The position numbers and the translations under genes are program-made. The notes under the pieces were generated by a model, which had not been told where the DNA came from, searched no databases, and was given only the letters and a program-made list of their open reading frames with translations. A stretch of DNA of 55,795 nt from the NCBI GenBank assembly GCA_037134795.1, contig JBAXLM010000003.1:1-55795 (forward strand). The letters run 5' to 3'. This DNA is from Candidatus Omnitrophota bacterium (GTDB taxonomy: Bacteria > Omnitrophota > Gorgyraeia > Gygaellales > Profunditerraquicolaceae). Below, one piece after another: positions 26,104 through 35,516 of the stretch. How positions within the stretch are numbered: the stretch's first letter is position 1; each line of letters starts with the position of its first letter.

Positions 26104-27602
26104 TTGCCTTTAATGATGGCGACTAAAAACCCAAGAATTGTAAATACCGACATAAACTCTAATCGGCCTGCCCACATCTGTATTATATAAGTTACTTTTA
26201 GCGGTATGGGCATAGCAATATTAGTAATTCCGCAGGACAACCCCACGTTAGCTGCCGCAGAAGTAGATTCAAAAAGCGAACCCAAAAAAGAATAACCATA
26301 AAACATCCCCACTAATGTGCCAAGGCCATACAAAATTAAATAAGCTAAAGTAATAATTAATGCGCTTCTAACCTGCCTGTCCTCTAAAAATACTTCCTTT
26401 ATATGATGAAACTTCTCAATAATAATTGCTTTCTCTGGCATAATGATTCTCTTCAAGTCTTCTTTAAAAGCCTTAAAAATAATTCCGATGCGTAACATCT
26501 TAATCGCCCCGGTAGTTGAGCACACTGCCCCGCCTAAAGCCATAGCTATGATTACCCCGACCATTGCAAGTTGGTTCCAATCCGTAAAAAACTGCTGGGG
26601 ATAAATAGTCTGAAAGCCTGTTCCAGTATGCCCGGAGATAAGCTGATAGAACCCTTTACGGAAAAGCATTACCGCTGTATGGTAGCTGGCTGTCTGCGCT
26701 AAGCCTACAGCAACAATTAAAAAGGTAGCGGTAATCGTTATAAAAAGAGCGTTGGTTTCAATATTTCTGATAATCTCTTTACGATTACCCATCCATAAAT
26801 GGTAGTGCAACTTAAAATTAAGCGCACCTAAAACCATTATTACTATAGTAATAATCTCGTAAATCACAGAATGATAATAAAGCATGTTTTGTGACTGCGG
26901 ACTAAACCCTCCAGTATCAAAAGCAGCCATAAATATACAGGCCCCGTGAAAAAACGCATTCACTGGCTGCATTCCATTAAATATTCCAGTTACGCCTAAA
27001 GCCACTGTACCCAGGATAAGATAAACAATGCTTACCAACCAGATAAACCTGGAAGTATGAATTATATTAGGCATGATTTTTTCGTCGCGGCCCTCACCCA
27101 CGTACATTTTAAATGCCCCAGAAAAACCACGGACAAAAAATGATAACGCAATCACTACAATCCCCTGGCCACCAAGAAACATAATAAGATGCCGCCAAAA
27201 ATTATGGGCATAAGACAAGTGATCAAGGTCTTGTACCAGAGAAAGGCCGGTAGTAGCAAATCCAGACATAGAATCAAAACAAGCGTCGAGAAAAGACACC
27301 CAATGGCCGCTTAAATACAAAGGTATTGCACCTAGCACCATCGCTACCAACCAAGACAGGCTAACCACAATCATCCCCTGCATCCAGTTTAGGTCTTTCT
27401 CGGTATGGCAGATCTTAACCAAGAGAGCCCCTAAAAAAATAGCTATTTGGATGCTAATAAGAAAATCTAAGGCAGGATTTATTTCTTTAAAAGTTATTCC
27501 TATTATAATAGGAATAACCATAGTAAGGGCCAACCCGAGGATGATTTTCCCGAGGTAAAAACCAATAATTTTAAAATCTTCTAAGTGTGGTTTAAGAATC
27601 AT
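26100..27602 (-). CDS. trkH: TrkH potassium uptake permease
   Basis: Multiple TMs; pore loops SGFATTGLS, TGGFS, STTGAIK, ANVGLS. Confidence 0.93.
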   Translation of the reverse strand: MILKPHLEDFKIIGFYLGKIILGLALTMVIPIIIGITFKEINPALDFLISIQIAIFLGALLVKICHTEKDLNWMQGMIVVSLSWLVAMVLGAIPLYLSGHWVSFLDACFDSMSGFATTGLSLVQDLDHLSYAHNFWRHLIMFLGGQGIVVIALSFFVRGFSGAFKMYVGEGRDEKIMPNIIHTSRFIWLVSIVYLILGTVALGVTGIFNGMQPVNAFFHGACIFMAAFDTGGFSPQSQNMLYYHSVIYEIITIVIMVLGALNFKLHYHLWMGNRKEIIRNIETNALFITITATFLIVAVGLAQTASYHTAVMLFRKGFYQLISGHTGTGFQTIYPQQFFTDWNQLAMVGVIIAMALGGAVCSTTGAIKMLRIGIIFKAFKEDLKRIIMPEKAIIIEKFHHIKEVFLEDRQVRSALIITLAYLILYGLGTLVGMFYGYSFLGSLFESTSAAANVGLSCGITNIAMPIPLKVTYIIQMWAGRLEFMSVFTILGFLVAIIKGK

Positions 27603-27719
27603 AACTTAAAATATATTACCAGGCAAATTAAGAAAGCTACCCCTATTATAGAAAAAACGTATAGGATTTCCGTGATTATGCCGAAGGCAATATTTAAGGT
27701 GGGTTTAAATTTCATTTTT

Positions 27720-28382
27720 TTAAAGCTTACCGGCTAAAAGACTTAATAATTGCGGTTCATTGCCGATCAACGTAAGAGCGATAACATCGTCCCCGGGCTT
27801 AAGTACTGTGTTGCCTTTAGGCAGGATAACTTCTTCCCCGCGGACAATAGACACCAAAACCGCATCCTGCGGTAAAGTGATATCCTTTACTTCTTTATTA
27901 ATTACCGGAGAATCATCGGGTAAATCTACGCGCACTATCGCAAGTTTCCCGCGCTTAAAACTCATCAAATTTACAAAATCAGAAAAAGAAACTTCCTCTT
28001 CAATAATTTTAGCAATAATTTTTGTTGAATCCACTGGCACATCAATACCTAATTCACTAAAAGTATGTTCGTTATCCGGATTATTCACCCGGCCAACTGT
28101 ACGTTGTAAATGAAATGTTTCTTTGGCTAATTGGCAAATGATCAAATTGTCTTCATCATCTCCGGTAACCGCGGCTAAAACATCAGCACGCTTAATCCCT
28201 GCCTCTTCCAGGATTTTTGGGTCACAACCATCTCCGTTAATTACAAGGATCTCCAATTCCTTTGCCGTCTCTTCACAAATTACACGGTCTTTATCCACAA
28301 TACTAACCGTATGCTTACCCTGGCAAAGCCTTTTGGCTAAAAAATACCCCACCTTGCCTGCTCCAATAATTATAATATACAT
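27720..28382 (-). CDS. trkA: TrkA/KtrA RCK regulatory subunit
   Basis: GAGKVG Rossmann fold plus TrkA_C. Confidence 0.9.
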   Translation of the reverse strand: MYIIIIGAGKVGYFLAKRLCQGKHTVSIVDKDRVICEETAKELEILVINGDGCDPKILEEAGIKRADVLAAVTGDDEDNLIICQLAKETFHLQRTVGRVNNPDNEHTFSELGIDVPVDSTKIIAKIIEEEVSFSDFVNLMSFKRGKLAIVRVDLPDDSPVINKEVKDITLPQDAVLVSIVRGEEVILPKGNTVLKPGDDVIALTLIGNEPQLLSLLAGKL

Positions 28383-28384
28383 AA

Positions 28385-29038
28385 TTATTTCTCCCCTAGA
28401 TGGAATCTTTCCCTTACCTGTTGAAGGCTAGAAACCTTAACTACGCCCATCAATATATCCTGATTTTTTAATATTGTCTTTGGCTCTGGAATAATAACTC
28501 CTTGCATTCTTCTGATAGCTACTACAATAAAATCTCCCGGGATATTTATATCCTGAATAGTTTTACCTATTAAACTATTTTTTACTTCAATTTCAATAAC
28601 CCCTAAATCCTTAGATTCAATTAAATAACTGGAGAATCTGCTTTCAATAATTTTATCACGTAACATTGCTGAAAAAAGCATTGTCCCGCTGATGATATCC
28701 AAACCCAAGGCAGCATAAATATGCGCGCGCTGCGGATCATATACTCGGGCAAATACTTTAGGGACACGAAAAATCTTTTTCGCCACCTGAGCGCTAATCA
28801 GATTAGTATTATCTCCGTTAGTTACCGCGCAAAAGGCATCGGCTTTTTCAATACCCACCTGTTTTAAAAGCGTTAAATCAAAACCATTGCCCACCATGGT
28901 CAAACCATTAAAAGTATCGCCAAGCCGGTTAAAGGCATCCTGTGATTTATCAATAACAACCACATCATGGTCCTCGCCGGATAAAAGCTTAGCCAACTCC
29001 GCGCCTACTCTTCCACAGCCTACAATAATTACATACAT
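28385..29038 (-). CDS. trkA: TrkA/KtrA RCK regulatory subunit (second paralog)
   Basis: MYVIIVGCGRVG; start taken at 29038. Confidence 0.9.
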   Translation of the reverse strand: MYVIIVGCGRVGAELAKLLSGEDHDVVVIDKSQDAFNRLGDTFNGLTMVGNGFDLTLLKQVGIEKADAFCAVTNGDNTNLISAQVAKKIFRVPKVFARVYDPQRAHIYAALGLDIISGTMLFSAMLRDKIIESRFSSYLIESKDLGVIEIEVKNSLIGKTIQDINIPGDFIVVAIRRMQGVIIPEPKTILKNQDILMGVVKVSSLQQVRERFHLGEK

Positions 29039-29065
29039 CCCGTTGCAAACCTCCAAATTCTGCCG

Positions 29066-29413
29066 CTATTTCTTGATCATCTCAACTATCTTCTTAAAAG
29101 CATTAGCATCTTTTACCGCCAAATCTGCTAAAATTTTACGGTCCAAATTAATTTTGGATTTCTTTAAACCGTTTATAAAAGTACTATAGGTAATCCCAGC
29201 TTGTCGGCAAGCCGCGTTAATACGCACAATCCAGAGGCTACGCAATGCACGCTTTTTATTCCTACGGTCGCGATACGCGTACCTGAGCGCATGCATCAAT
29301 ACCCTTTTAGCTTGCTGATATTGCTTGGAGCGATCCCCCCAGAATCCCTTAGCCTGTTTTAAAACCCTCTTTTTTCTTTTTCGCGTTGCAACACTATGTT
29401 TAGCCTTTGCCAT
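29066..29413 (-). CDS. rplT: 50S ribosomal protein L20
   Basis: [32 protein letters not shown]. Confidence 0.97.
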   Translation of the reverse strand: MAKAKHSVATRKRKKRVLKQAKGFWGDRSKQYQQAKRVLMHALRYAYRDRRNKKRALRSLWIVRINAACRQAGITYSTFINGLKKSKINLDRKILADLAVKDANAFKKIVEMIKK

Positions 29414-29447
29414 TGTTCTGCTCCTTTAAGATTAACTTATGACTTTT

Positions 29448-29648
29448 CTATCCATAAGGTAACATGGATTTGATGAACCTTGCTTCTTTCTTTCCAGCGA
29501 TGGTTTTGCGCTTGCGCAAAGAACGCATCCTCTTGGCATTCTTCGATGATGCCAGATGACTTTTCCCGCCGCCTGAATATTTAACTTTACCTTTTTTGGT
29601 AAGTTTGAAACGCTTAGCTACTCCTCTTTTCGTTTTTAATTTTGCCAT
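29448..29648 (-). CDS. rpmI: 50S ribosomal protein L35
   Basis: KLKTKRGVAKRFK..MLPYG; between infC and rplT. Confidence 0.95.
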   Translation of the reverse strand: MAKLKTKRGVAKRFKLTKKGKVKYSGGGKSHLASSKNAKRMRSLRKRKTIAGKKEARFIKSMLPYG

Positions 29649-29667
29649 TTTATCTCCCCATTATATC

Positions 29668-30174
29668 CTATTTTGGAGCAATCACAAAGGACATTATTCT
29701 CCCCTCTAATGCCGGGAGCTTCTCTACTTGGCCATCCCCTTGCGTATCCACAATAAATTTATCTAAAACCTTTCTTCCTAAATCCAAATGCTCCATCTGT
29801 CTACCGCGGAAGAAAAGATTAACCTTAACTTTATCTTTCTTCTTCAAGAAACTTTGCACCTGTTTAACTTTGGTTGCGAAGTCATGCTCATCAATATTCG
29901 GCTTAAGGCGAATTTCTTTAAAACGGCCCTGCTTTTGGTGTTTCTTAGCTTCACGTTCTTTTTTCTCAAGGTCATATTTAAACTTGCTGAATTCAATGAT
30001 CCGGCAAACTGGCGGTGTGGCTGTTTGGGCAACCTCTACTAAATCTAAATCATGCTGGTTAGCGATCTCTAATGCTCTTTGCACAGACATAACCCCCAAC
30101 TGGCTACCATCGTGGCCGATAACTCGCACCTGTGATGCAGTAATTCTGTCGTTAATACGAATAAACTTTTTTAT
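29668..30174 (-). CDS. infC: Translation initiation factor IF-3 (probable ATA start)
   Basis: RINDRI..VRVI, DLVEVA..PPVCRI; SD GAGGTG 6 nt before ATA at 30174. Confidence 0.95.
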   Translation of the reverse strand: MKKFIRINDRITASQVRVIGHDGSQLGVMSVQRALEIANQHDLDLVEVAQTATPPVCRIIEFSKFKYDLEKKEREAKKHQKQGRFKEIRLKPNIDEHDFATKVKQVQSFLKKKDKVKVNLFFRGRQMEHLDLGRKVLDKFIVDTQGDGQVEKLPALEGRIMSFVIAPK

Positions 30175-30191
30175 AGCAACCACCTCTCTTT

Positions 30192-31934
30192 CTATTTATG
30201 TTCATCTATCTGGCTGTTTAACTGCTCAATAAATTTATCCAAAGCAACCGCGCCCTGGTCTCCGCTTCCTTTTTTACGCACACTTACCTGGCCTTGCTTT
30301 GCTTCACGCTCGCCTAGAATCAAACAATAAGGAATTTTTTCAAGCTCGGCATTACGAATGCGTTTATCCAGGGTTTCATTACGCAAATCTATATCTACGC
30401 GTATGTTGTTTTCTTCTAGCTTTTCTTTTACTTCTCTAGCATAAGTATGAACTGTATCTTTAATCGGAATCAACAAAACCTGCGTTGGAGCTAGCCATAA
30501 AGGAAGCTGGCCTTTATACTGCTCGACAAGAGCACCAATAAAACGCTCAAGGCTTCCCAATAAAACCCGGTGCAACATAATCGGCTGTTTTTCTTTTCCT
30601 TGGGCATCAATATAAGCAAGATTAAATCTTTTAGGAAGCGCGAAATCACACTGGATAGTCGCGCACTGCCATGTTCTTTTAAGCGCATCTTTTAATTTTA
30701 TATCAATTTTAGGGCCATAAAACGCGCCATCACCCACGTTAACCTCGTAAGCTAATTTTTTTTCTTTTAACACATCTTCTAACGCGCTAGTAGCAAGCTT
30801 CCAATCATCATCTGAACCAATATATTTTTCTGGGCGCGTACTTAATTCTATGCTCATCTTTTCAAAGCCAAAAACCTTCATCGTATCAAAAACAAAATCA
30901 ATAATCTTTTTAATCTCTTCACCTACCTGCTCCGGTAAACAAAATATATGCGCATCATCCTGAGTAAATCCGCGCACGCGTAAGAGCCCATGTAAAACGC
31001 CAGCCTTTTCACGGCGGTAAACTGTACCCAACTCAAAATACCGAATAGGCAAATCTTTATAACTTCTGGTTTTGGATTTATAAATTAAAATATGCCCCGG
31101 GCAATTCATCGGCTTTAAAACATACTCCTGTTCATCTGCATTAAGGATAAACATATTATCTTTGTAATAATCATAGTGGCCGCTTGTTTTCCATAAATCC
31201 GACTTCATAATATGCGGAGTAATCACGATTTCATAGCCGCGTTTAAGATGCTCTTTTCTTTCATAATCTTCAATAATAGTACGTAAGAGGGCTCCTTTAG
31301 GATGATAAAAAACTAATCCCGCTCCTGCCTCTTCATGATATATATCAAAGAGCCCTAAGCTTGGCCCTAGTTTACGATGATCGCGCAATTTGGCTTCTTC
31401 TAAATTTTTTAAATGCTCTTCTAATTCTTTTTGGGAATTAAAGCAAGTACCATAAATCCTTTGCAACATAGGGTTAGTTTCAATTCCATGCCAATACGCT
31501 CCAGCAACTGATAATAACTTAAAAGCCTTAATTTCTCCGGTAGATTTTATATGCGGGCCGCGGCATAAATCCAGAAAACTCTTACCCGTACTATAAATTG
31601 AGATCTTTGAGTCAACTAATGAATTGATCAGCTCTATTTTATATGGTTCATCCAGCTTCTTAAACAAATCTAAAGCTGATTTTTTGTCCAGCTCTTCCCT
31701 TATAAATGGTTCGTTTTTAGAGATAATTTCGGCCATCTTTTTTTCAATCCTGGCTAAATCCTCGTCAGTAAAAGCCTCTTTTTTGCCTGCACTGAGCGCA
31801 GTCGAAGTGTCAAAGTCATAATAAAAACCATCTTCAATCGCCGGGCCAATAGCTAGCTTAACCTCCGGCCAAAGCTTTTTAACAGCTTCTGCTAAAACAT
31901 GCGAACAAGAATGTCTTAAAGTAGATATGTCCAT
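30192..31934 (-). CDS. thrS: Threonine--tRNA ligase (no N-terminal TGS domain)
   Basis: LRHSCSH, DLCRGPH, KPMNCPGH, RVRGFTQDDAH, GAFYGPKID. Confidence 0.97.
   Translation of the reverse strand: MDISTLRHSCSHVLAEAVKKLWPEVKLAIGPAIEDGFYYDFDTSTALSAGKKEAFTDEDLARIEKKMAEIISKNEPFIREELDKKSALDLFKKLDEPYKIELINSLVDSKISIYSTGKSFLDLCRGPHIKSTGEIKAFKLLSVAGAYWHGIETNPMLQRIYGTCFNSQKELEEHLKNLEEAKLRDHRKLGPSLGLFDIYHEEAGAGLVFYHPKGALLRTIIEDYERKEHLKRGYEIVITPHIMKSDLWKTSGHYDYYKDNMFILNADEQEYVLKPMNCPGHILIYKSKTRSYKDLPIRYFELGTVYRREKAGVLHGLLRVRGFTQDDAHIFCLPEQVGEEIKKIIDFVFDTMKVFGFEKMSIELSTRPEKYIGSDDDWKLATSALEDVLKEKKLAYEVNVGDGAFYGPKIDIKLKDALKRTWQCATIQCDFALPKRFNLAYIDAQGKEKQPIMLHRVLLGSLERFIGALVEQYKGQLPLWLAPTQVLLIPIKDTVHTYAREVKEKLEENNIRVDIDLRNETLDKRIRNAELEKIPYCLILGEREAKQGQVSVRKKGSGDQGAVALDKFIEQLNSQIDEHK
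31785..31808 (-). repeat. Family S in-frame 24-bp insertion in thrS (TSTALSAG)
   Basis: ACTTCGACTGCGCTCAGTGCAGGC directly after GFYYDFD; same 14-mer as at 12693. Confidence 0.8.
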
Positions 31935-31948
31935 TTTTAGTAACTTCT

Positions 31949-32548
31949 TTAACTAAATTTATCTAAATAATAATCAGCTTGTTTTTCTATCCAATTTTTT
32001 AATTTATAATTGTTAAACTGAATCCTCGCTATGCCAAATTTTGACCTTTGCTCTTCAAGTTTACTTCTTTTATCTGTATGAGGATAAATACCGATCTGCA
32101 CCTTGGGAATCAGTAAAGTTTTTGACCAATATTCCAAAGCTTCGTCTCTATTGAACTTTTTATACAACTGAACATATAAACTAATTTTATTCTTATTTAT
32201 TCCACAAATCTTTCTTAAAAACCCTATAAAAACTTTTAGGATCCGATGATCTAAATTTGCAAGTTGAGTTGAATGCCTATTACTTCTGTTACCTTCTCCA
32301 CAATACAACATCAAGCCGCACATTAATAATCCTTTTTCATTCTCATTAAGCTTCTTCTTTATTGTAAAAGGATCTCCGTTAGGATTCTGTTTAATGTACG
32401 AACTATCTCGCCACGACCTTCTTTTTATTTTATATTTCTTAAGCCAATAATAAATTGTGGCATGGGTAACCCTCAATCTCTCTGCAATTTCCATCATTGA
32501 GAGTTTTTTATTATTATACAAATTACGAAGTTTCTTTTTATTAACCAT
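31949..32548 (-). CDS. HTH + LAGLIDADG-like hypothetical protein
   Basis: N-terminal LS..EIA.RL.V...TI.YWL HTH; GLMLYCGEG...ANLD..IL..F..FL; AT-rich. Confidence 0.6.
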   Translation of the reverse strand: MVNKKKLRNLYNNKKLSMMEIAERLRVTHATIYYWLKKYKIKRRSWRDSSYIKQNPNGDPFTIKKKLNENEKGLLMCGLMLYCGEGNRSNRHSTQLANLDHRILKVFIGFLRKICGINKNKISLYVQLYKKFNRDEALEYWSKTLLIPKVQIGIYPHTDKRSKLEEQRSKFGIARIQFNNYKLKNWIEKQADYYLDKFS

Positions 32549-32557
32549 CTTGTTAAA

Positions 32558-32631
32558 TGGGCAGTACAGGACTCGAACCTGCGACCCTCACAATGTCAAT
32601 GTGATGCTCTAACCAGCTGAGCTAACCGCCC
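32558..32631 (-). tRNA. tRNA-Val(GAC)
   Basis: Cloverleaf; anticodon loop TTGACAT; no encoded CCA. Confidence 0.95.
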
Positions 32632-32638
32632 GAATTTA

Positions 32639-32721
32639 TGCCAGGGGAGGGAGTTGAACCCTCACGTCCTTACGGACAGTGGATTTTAAGTCCACATCGT
32701 CTGCCATTCCGACACCCCGGC
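32639..32721 (-). tRNA. tRNA-Leu(TAA)
   Basis: Anticodon loop CTTAAAA; long variable arm. Confidence 0.95.
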
Positions 32722-32732
32722 AAATCAATTCA

Positions 32733-32804
32733 AGGCGCGGAGCGGATTCGAACCGCTGAATAGCGGTTTTGCAGACCGCTGCCTTACCACTTGGCTACCG
32801 CGCC
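32733..32804 (-). tRNA. tRNA-Cys(GCA)
   Basis: Anticodon loop CTGCAAA; U73 discriminator. Confidence 0.95.
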
Positions 32805-32810
32805 AAAATA

Positions 32811-33353
32811 TCAAAAACTATTTTTTACCTCTTTTACAATCGTTTCAACCTCTGCTAAACAACCTACCCCCACCTTACCACAAGCAAGTAAGCCTTTTTG
32901 AGGTGCAATAAACTTATAACCGCAGGATTTTAATTTTGCAATATTACTCTGCGTTATCTTATTTTGATACATATTCTCGTTCATCGCCGGAGCAATCAAA
33001 ACTCTTTTTTTACTCGCGCAAATCGTGCAAGTAAGCAAATCATCGCAAATTCCGCAAGCAAGTTTAGCAATAAAATTAGCCGTGGCCGGAGCAACCAAAA
33101 TCAAATCCGCTTTCTCTGCTAAAGCTATATGTTCAATCTCCCATGTATCGGGTTCATCAAATATTCCTCCCCGATAAACTCGCCTGCCACTTAGGCTCTG
33201 GAAAACAATTGGCTTAATCAACTCTTCTGCTTCTTTCGTCATTACTACTGAAACCATAAAACCGCATTCTTTAAGTTTACGAATAAGCTCACAGGATTTA
33301 TAAATAGCAATGCTCGCGGTGACGCCTAAGAGAATATTTCTTTCTACCTTCAC
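32811..33353 (-). CDS. coaC: Phosphopantothenoylcysteine decarboxylase (stand-alone CoaC half)
   Basis: GVTASIAIYK, APATAN..AK, PAMN..M, LACG..G.G; ends at 180 aa. Confidence 0.9.
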   Translation of the reverse strand: MKVERNILLGVTASIAIYKSCELIRKLKECGFMVSVVMTKEAEELIKPIVFQSLSGRRVYRGGIFDEPDTWEIEHIALAEKADLILVAPATANFIAKLACGICDDLLTCTICASKKRVLIAPAMNENMYQNKITQSNIAKLKSCGYKFIAPQKGLLACGKVGVGCLAEVETIVKEVKNSF

Positions 33354-33355
33354 CG

Positions 33356-33565
33356 TTATTCCTTTCCCTTTATTTTCTTAGCTTCTATTTTTCCTTCAGC
33401 AATTTCGTGTAAAGCCACGGTGGATGGCTTAGCCGTAAGAGCATCTTCTACCAGCCTAGGCTGGCCTTCAGCAATTTCTAATGCCCGCTTAGAAGCTAAT
33501 ATCACCAGTTTATAAACTGAACCTAAACTTTTGTTTAATAGTTTCTCTCTGCCTTCATATCCCAT
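33356..33565 (-). CDS. rpoZ: RNA polymerase omega subunit
   Basis: SVYKLVILASKRA, KP...ALHEI..G; follows gmk. Confidence 0.92.
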   Translation of the reverse strand: MGYEGREKLLNKSLGSVYKLVILASKRALEIAEGQPRLVEDALTAKPSTVALHEIAEGKIEAKKIKGKE

Positions 33566-34175
33566 TTGTTCCTCCCGTGGAAAAAATCGCCTTTTTAATA
33601 ATTTCCTTGAGCTTTCCTAACGCTACTTGCAAATTTTTGTTCAAAATACAGTGATCAAAACGCGAGCAAGCCTTAATCTCCCGGCGGGCAAGACTTAAAC
33701 GCTGCGCTATCTCTTGTTTTGCAGTACATTTACACCGCTTTTTGATCCTAGTCTTTAGTGTCTTTAAGGAAGGCGGTAGAACAAAAATCGTTACTGTATT
33801 TTTCGGATAGATTTTTTTCAGAATTGCCGCGCCCTTAAGGTCTAAACAAAAACCAAGATTTTTGCCTTTTTTAAGCTGGACATCTACAAACTGTTTAGGC
33901 GTTCCGTAATAATAACCTAAATATCTGGTCCATTCAAGAATTTTCTTCTGTTTTATCAGGCGCTTAAACTCAAGCCGCGTTACAAAGAAATAGTCCTCCC
34001 CTTGCCTTTCTTGCGAGCGCTTAGGCCGCGTGGTAAGAGAGCGGGATTTTATAAGTAGTTTGCTGATTTCTCTATCTTGAATTAACTTACCCAGAAGGGT
34101 GGTCTTGCCTGAGCCCGAAGGCCCGGAGATAACAAAAATCTTGCCTATCTTCTTTTGCTTATTAGCGATTTTCAC
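33555..34175 (-). CDS. gmk: Guanylate kinase
   Basis: SGPSGSGKTT, TTRPKR..E..G.DYFF, YYGTP. Confidence 0.93.
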   Translation of the reverse strand: MKIANKQKKIGKIFVISGPSGSGKTTLLGKLIQDREISKLLIKSRSLTTRPKRSQERQGEDYFFVTRLEFKRLIKQKKILEWTRYLGYYYGTPKQFVDVQLKKGKNLGFCLDLKGAAILKKIYPKNTVTIFVLPPSLKTLKTRIKKRCKCTAKQEIAQRLSLARREIKACSRFDHCILNKNLQVALGKLKEIIKKAIFSTGGTNGI

Positions 34176-35011
34176 TACTCAATATTCTGTACTTGTTCAC
34201 GAATCTTTTCAATCTGGCTTTTCATTTGTAGAGCTCTGCCTGAAATGATCAGATCAAATGATTTCGCTGCCAAGGTGTTAGCTTCCCGTTGCATCTCTTG
34301 AGTAATAAAATCTAATTCTTTACCCACCGGCCCGCCCTTGGCAATCTTTTGCTGAAAATTCTTAATGTGAAAATTTAAACGGTCTATCTCCTCGGCAATA
34401 TCCGCGCTTTTTAAAAAGGCCGCGCGTTCCTCTAAACAAATCTTTTTCAGCCGATTTTTTATTTCAAATGCAAAACGTTGTTTTATTAAAACCAGGTCCT
34501 TCTTCAATAGCTCGCTTCTATTTCTTAATAAACCTGCCAGCGCCTTGCCTTCTTTCAGACGTGTTTTTAACAGTTCTAACAGGGCGCGCTTAAGCAAAGG
34601 CAAAAGATGCTCACGGATATGCACTCCTGCCGGTTTATTTTCCTTAAGTGATAAAATACCAGGCAAGCGAATCAAAGAGTCTAAAGTTAATCCGTCTTTA
34701 ATTTTAAACTCGGCGCTAATACTATTGAACTCGCGTAGATAATTTTTTAACAGTTTACGGTTGATAAATATGCCCTGCGCCTCTTCTCCTTTAATATTGA
34801 TAGCACAAAAAACCTTACCCCGCTTTATTACAGATTCAATTTCTTTTTTTAATTTATCCTCCAAAGAAAGCAATCCATCAGGCAGGCGAAAAACACACTC
34901 TAAAAATTTATGATTCGTGCATCTTAATTCTACAGAAATCCTACCGATAGAATTAATCTCGGCTTCAAAACTACCAAATCCAGTCATGCTACTAATCATT
35001 TTTTTCCTCAC
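34175..35011 (-). CDS. yicC: YicC/YloC family endoribonuclease
   Basis: SMTGFG, GKELDF..QEM.REANT..AKS, EKIREQVQNIE. Confidence 0.93.
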   Translation of the reverse strand: MRKKMISSMTGFGSFEAEINSIGRISVELRCTNHKFLECVFRLPDGLLSLEDKLKKEIESVIKRGKVFCAINIKGEEAQGIFINRKLLKNYLREFNSISAEFKIKDGLTLDSLIRLPGILSLKENKPAGVHIREHLLPLLKRALLELLKTRLKEGKALAGLLRNRSELLKKDLVLIKQRFAFEIKNRLKKICLEERAAFLKSADIAEEIDRLNFHIKNFQQKIAKGGPVGKELDFITQEMQREANTLAAKSFDLIISGRALQMKSQIEKIREQVQNIE

Positions 35012-35516
35012 GCTTAGCCCAAATTTTGCTTCTAACTTCTTTTTGCAATATTTCTTTTACGGGATAAAGATCAACGATAACCTCAGCCGGAGCAAACCAA
35101 AGCTTAATCTCTCTTTCTGCCTCAGGCTCGTTAGATGAAACATGAATTGCATTTTCATATACACCGGTCGTGGTAATCCTACCGTAAGAGCCGCGGATAG
35201 AAGTTGGATCCGCTTCTTCGGGATTGGTGGCCCCAGCTAAATCACGGCATTTTTTAATAGCATCCTCACCCCAATAAACCAAAGCCATAACTTTCTTGCG
35301 ATCATGCAACTGGCCCTGCAAATACATAATAATATCACTAAAAAATGGTTTATCTTTTAAATGTTGATAATGTTCCTCAGCTAATTCCTTTGACACGCGT
35401 ACCATCTTTGCCGCGACAATTTCAAGTTTGGTTTCAGATAGGCGCGTAAGAATATTGCCCGTAAGTGATTTTATCAACCCGTCGGGTTTAATCAATATTA
35501 AGACTGCCTGGCTCAT
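34992..35516 (-). CDS. ndk: Nucleoside diphosphate kinase
   Basis: LIKPDG, GATNP..A...SIRG, NAIH. Confidence 0.93.
   Translation of the reverse strand: MSQAVLILIKPDGLIKSLTGNILTRLSETKLEIVAAKMVRVSKELAEEHYQHLKDKPFFSDIIMYLQGQLHDRKKVMALVYWGEDAIKKCRDLAGATNPEEADPTSIRGSYGRITTTGVYENAIHVSSNEPEAEREIKLWFAPAEVIVDLYPVKEILQKEVRSKIWAKREEKND

Noticed and set aside
22506-33353. Short pheT, TGS-less thrS and split coaC as possible pseudogenes
   Set aside because: The ORFs are intact with catalytic motifs; these are known natural domain variants.
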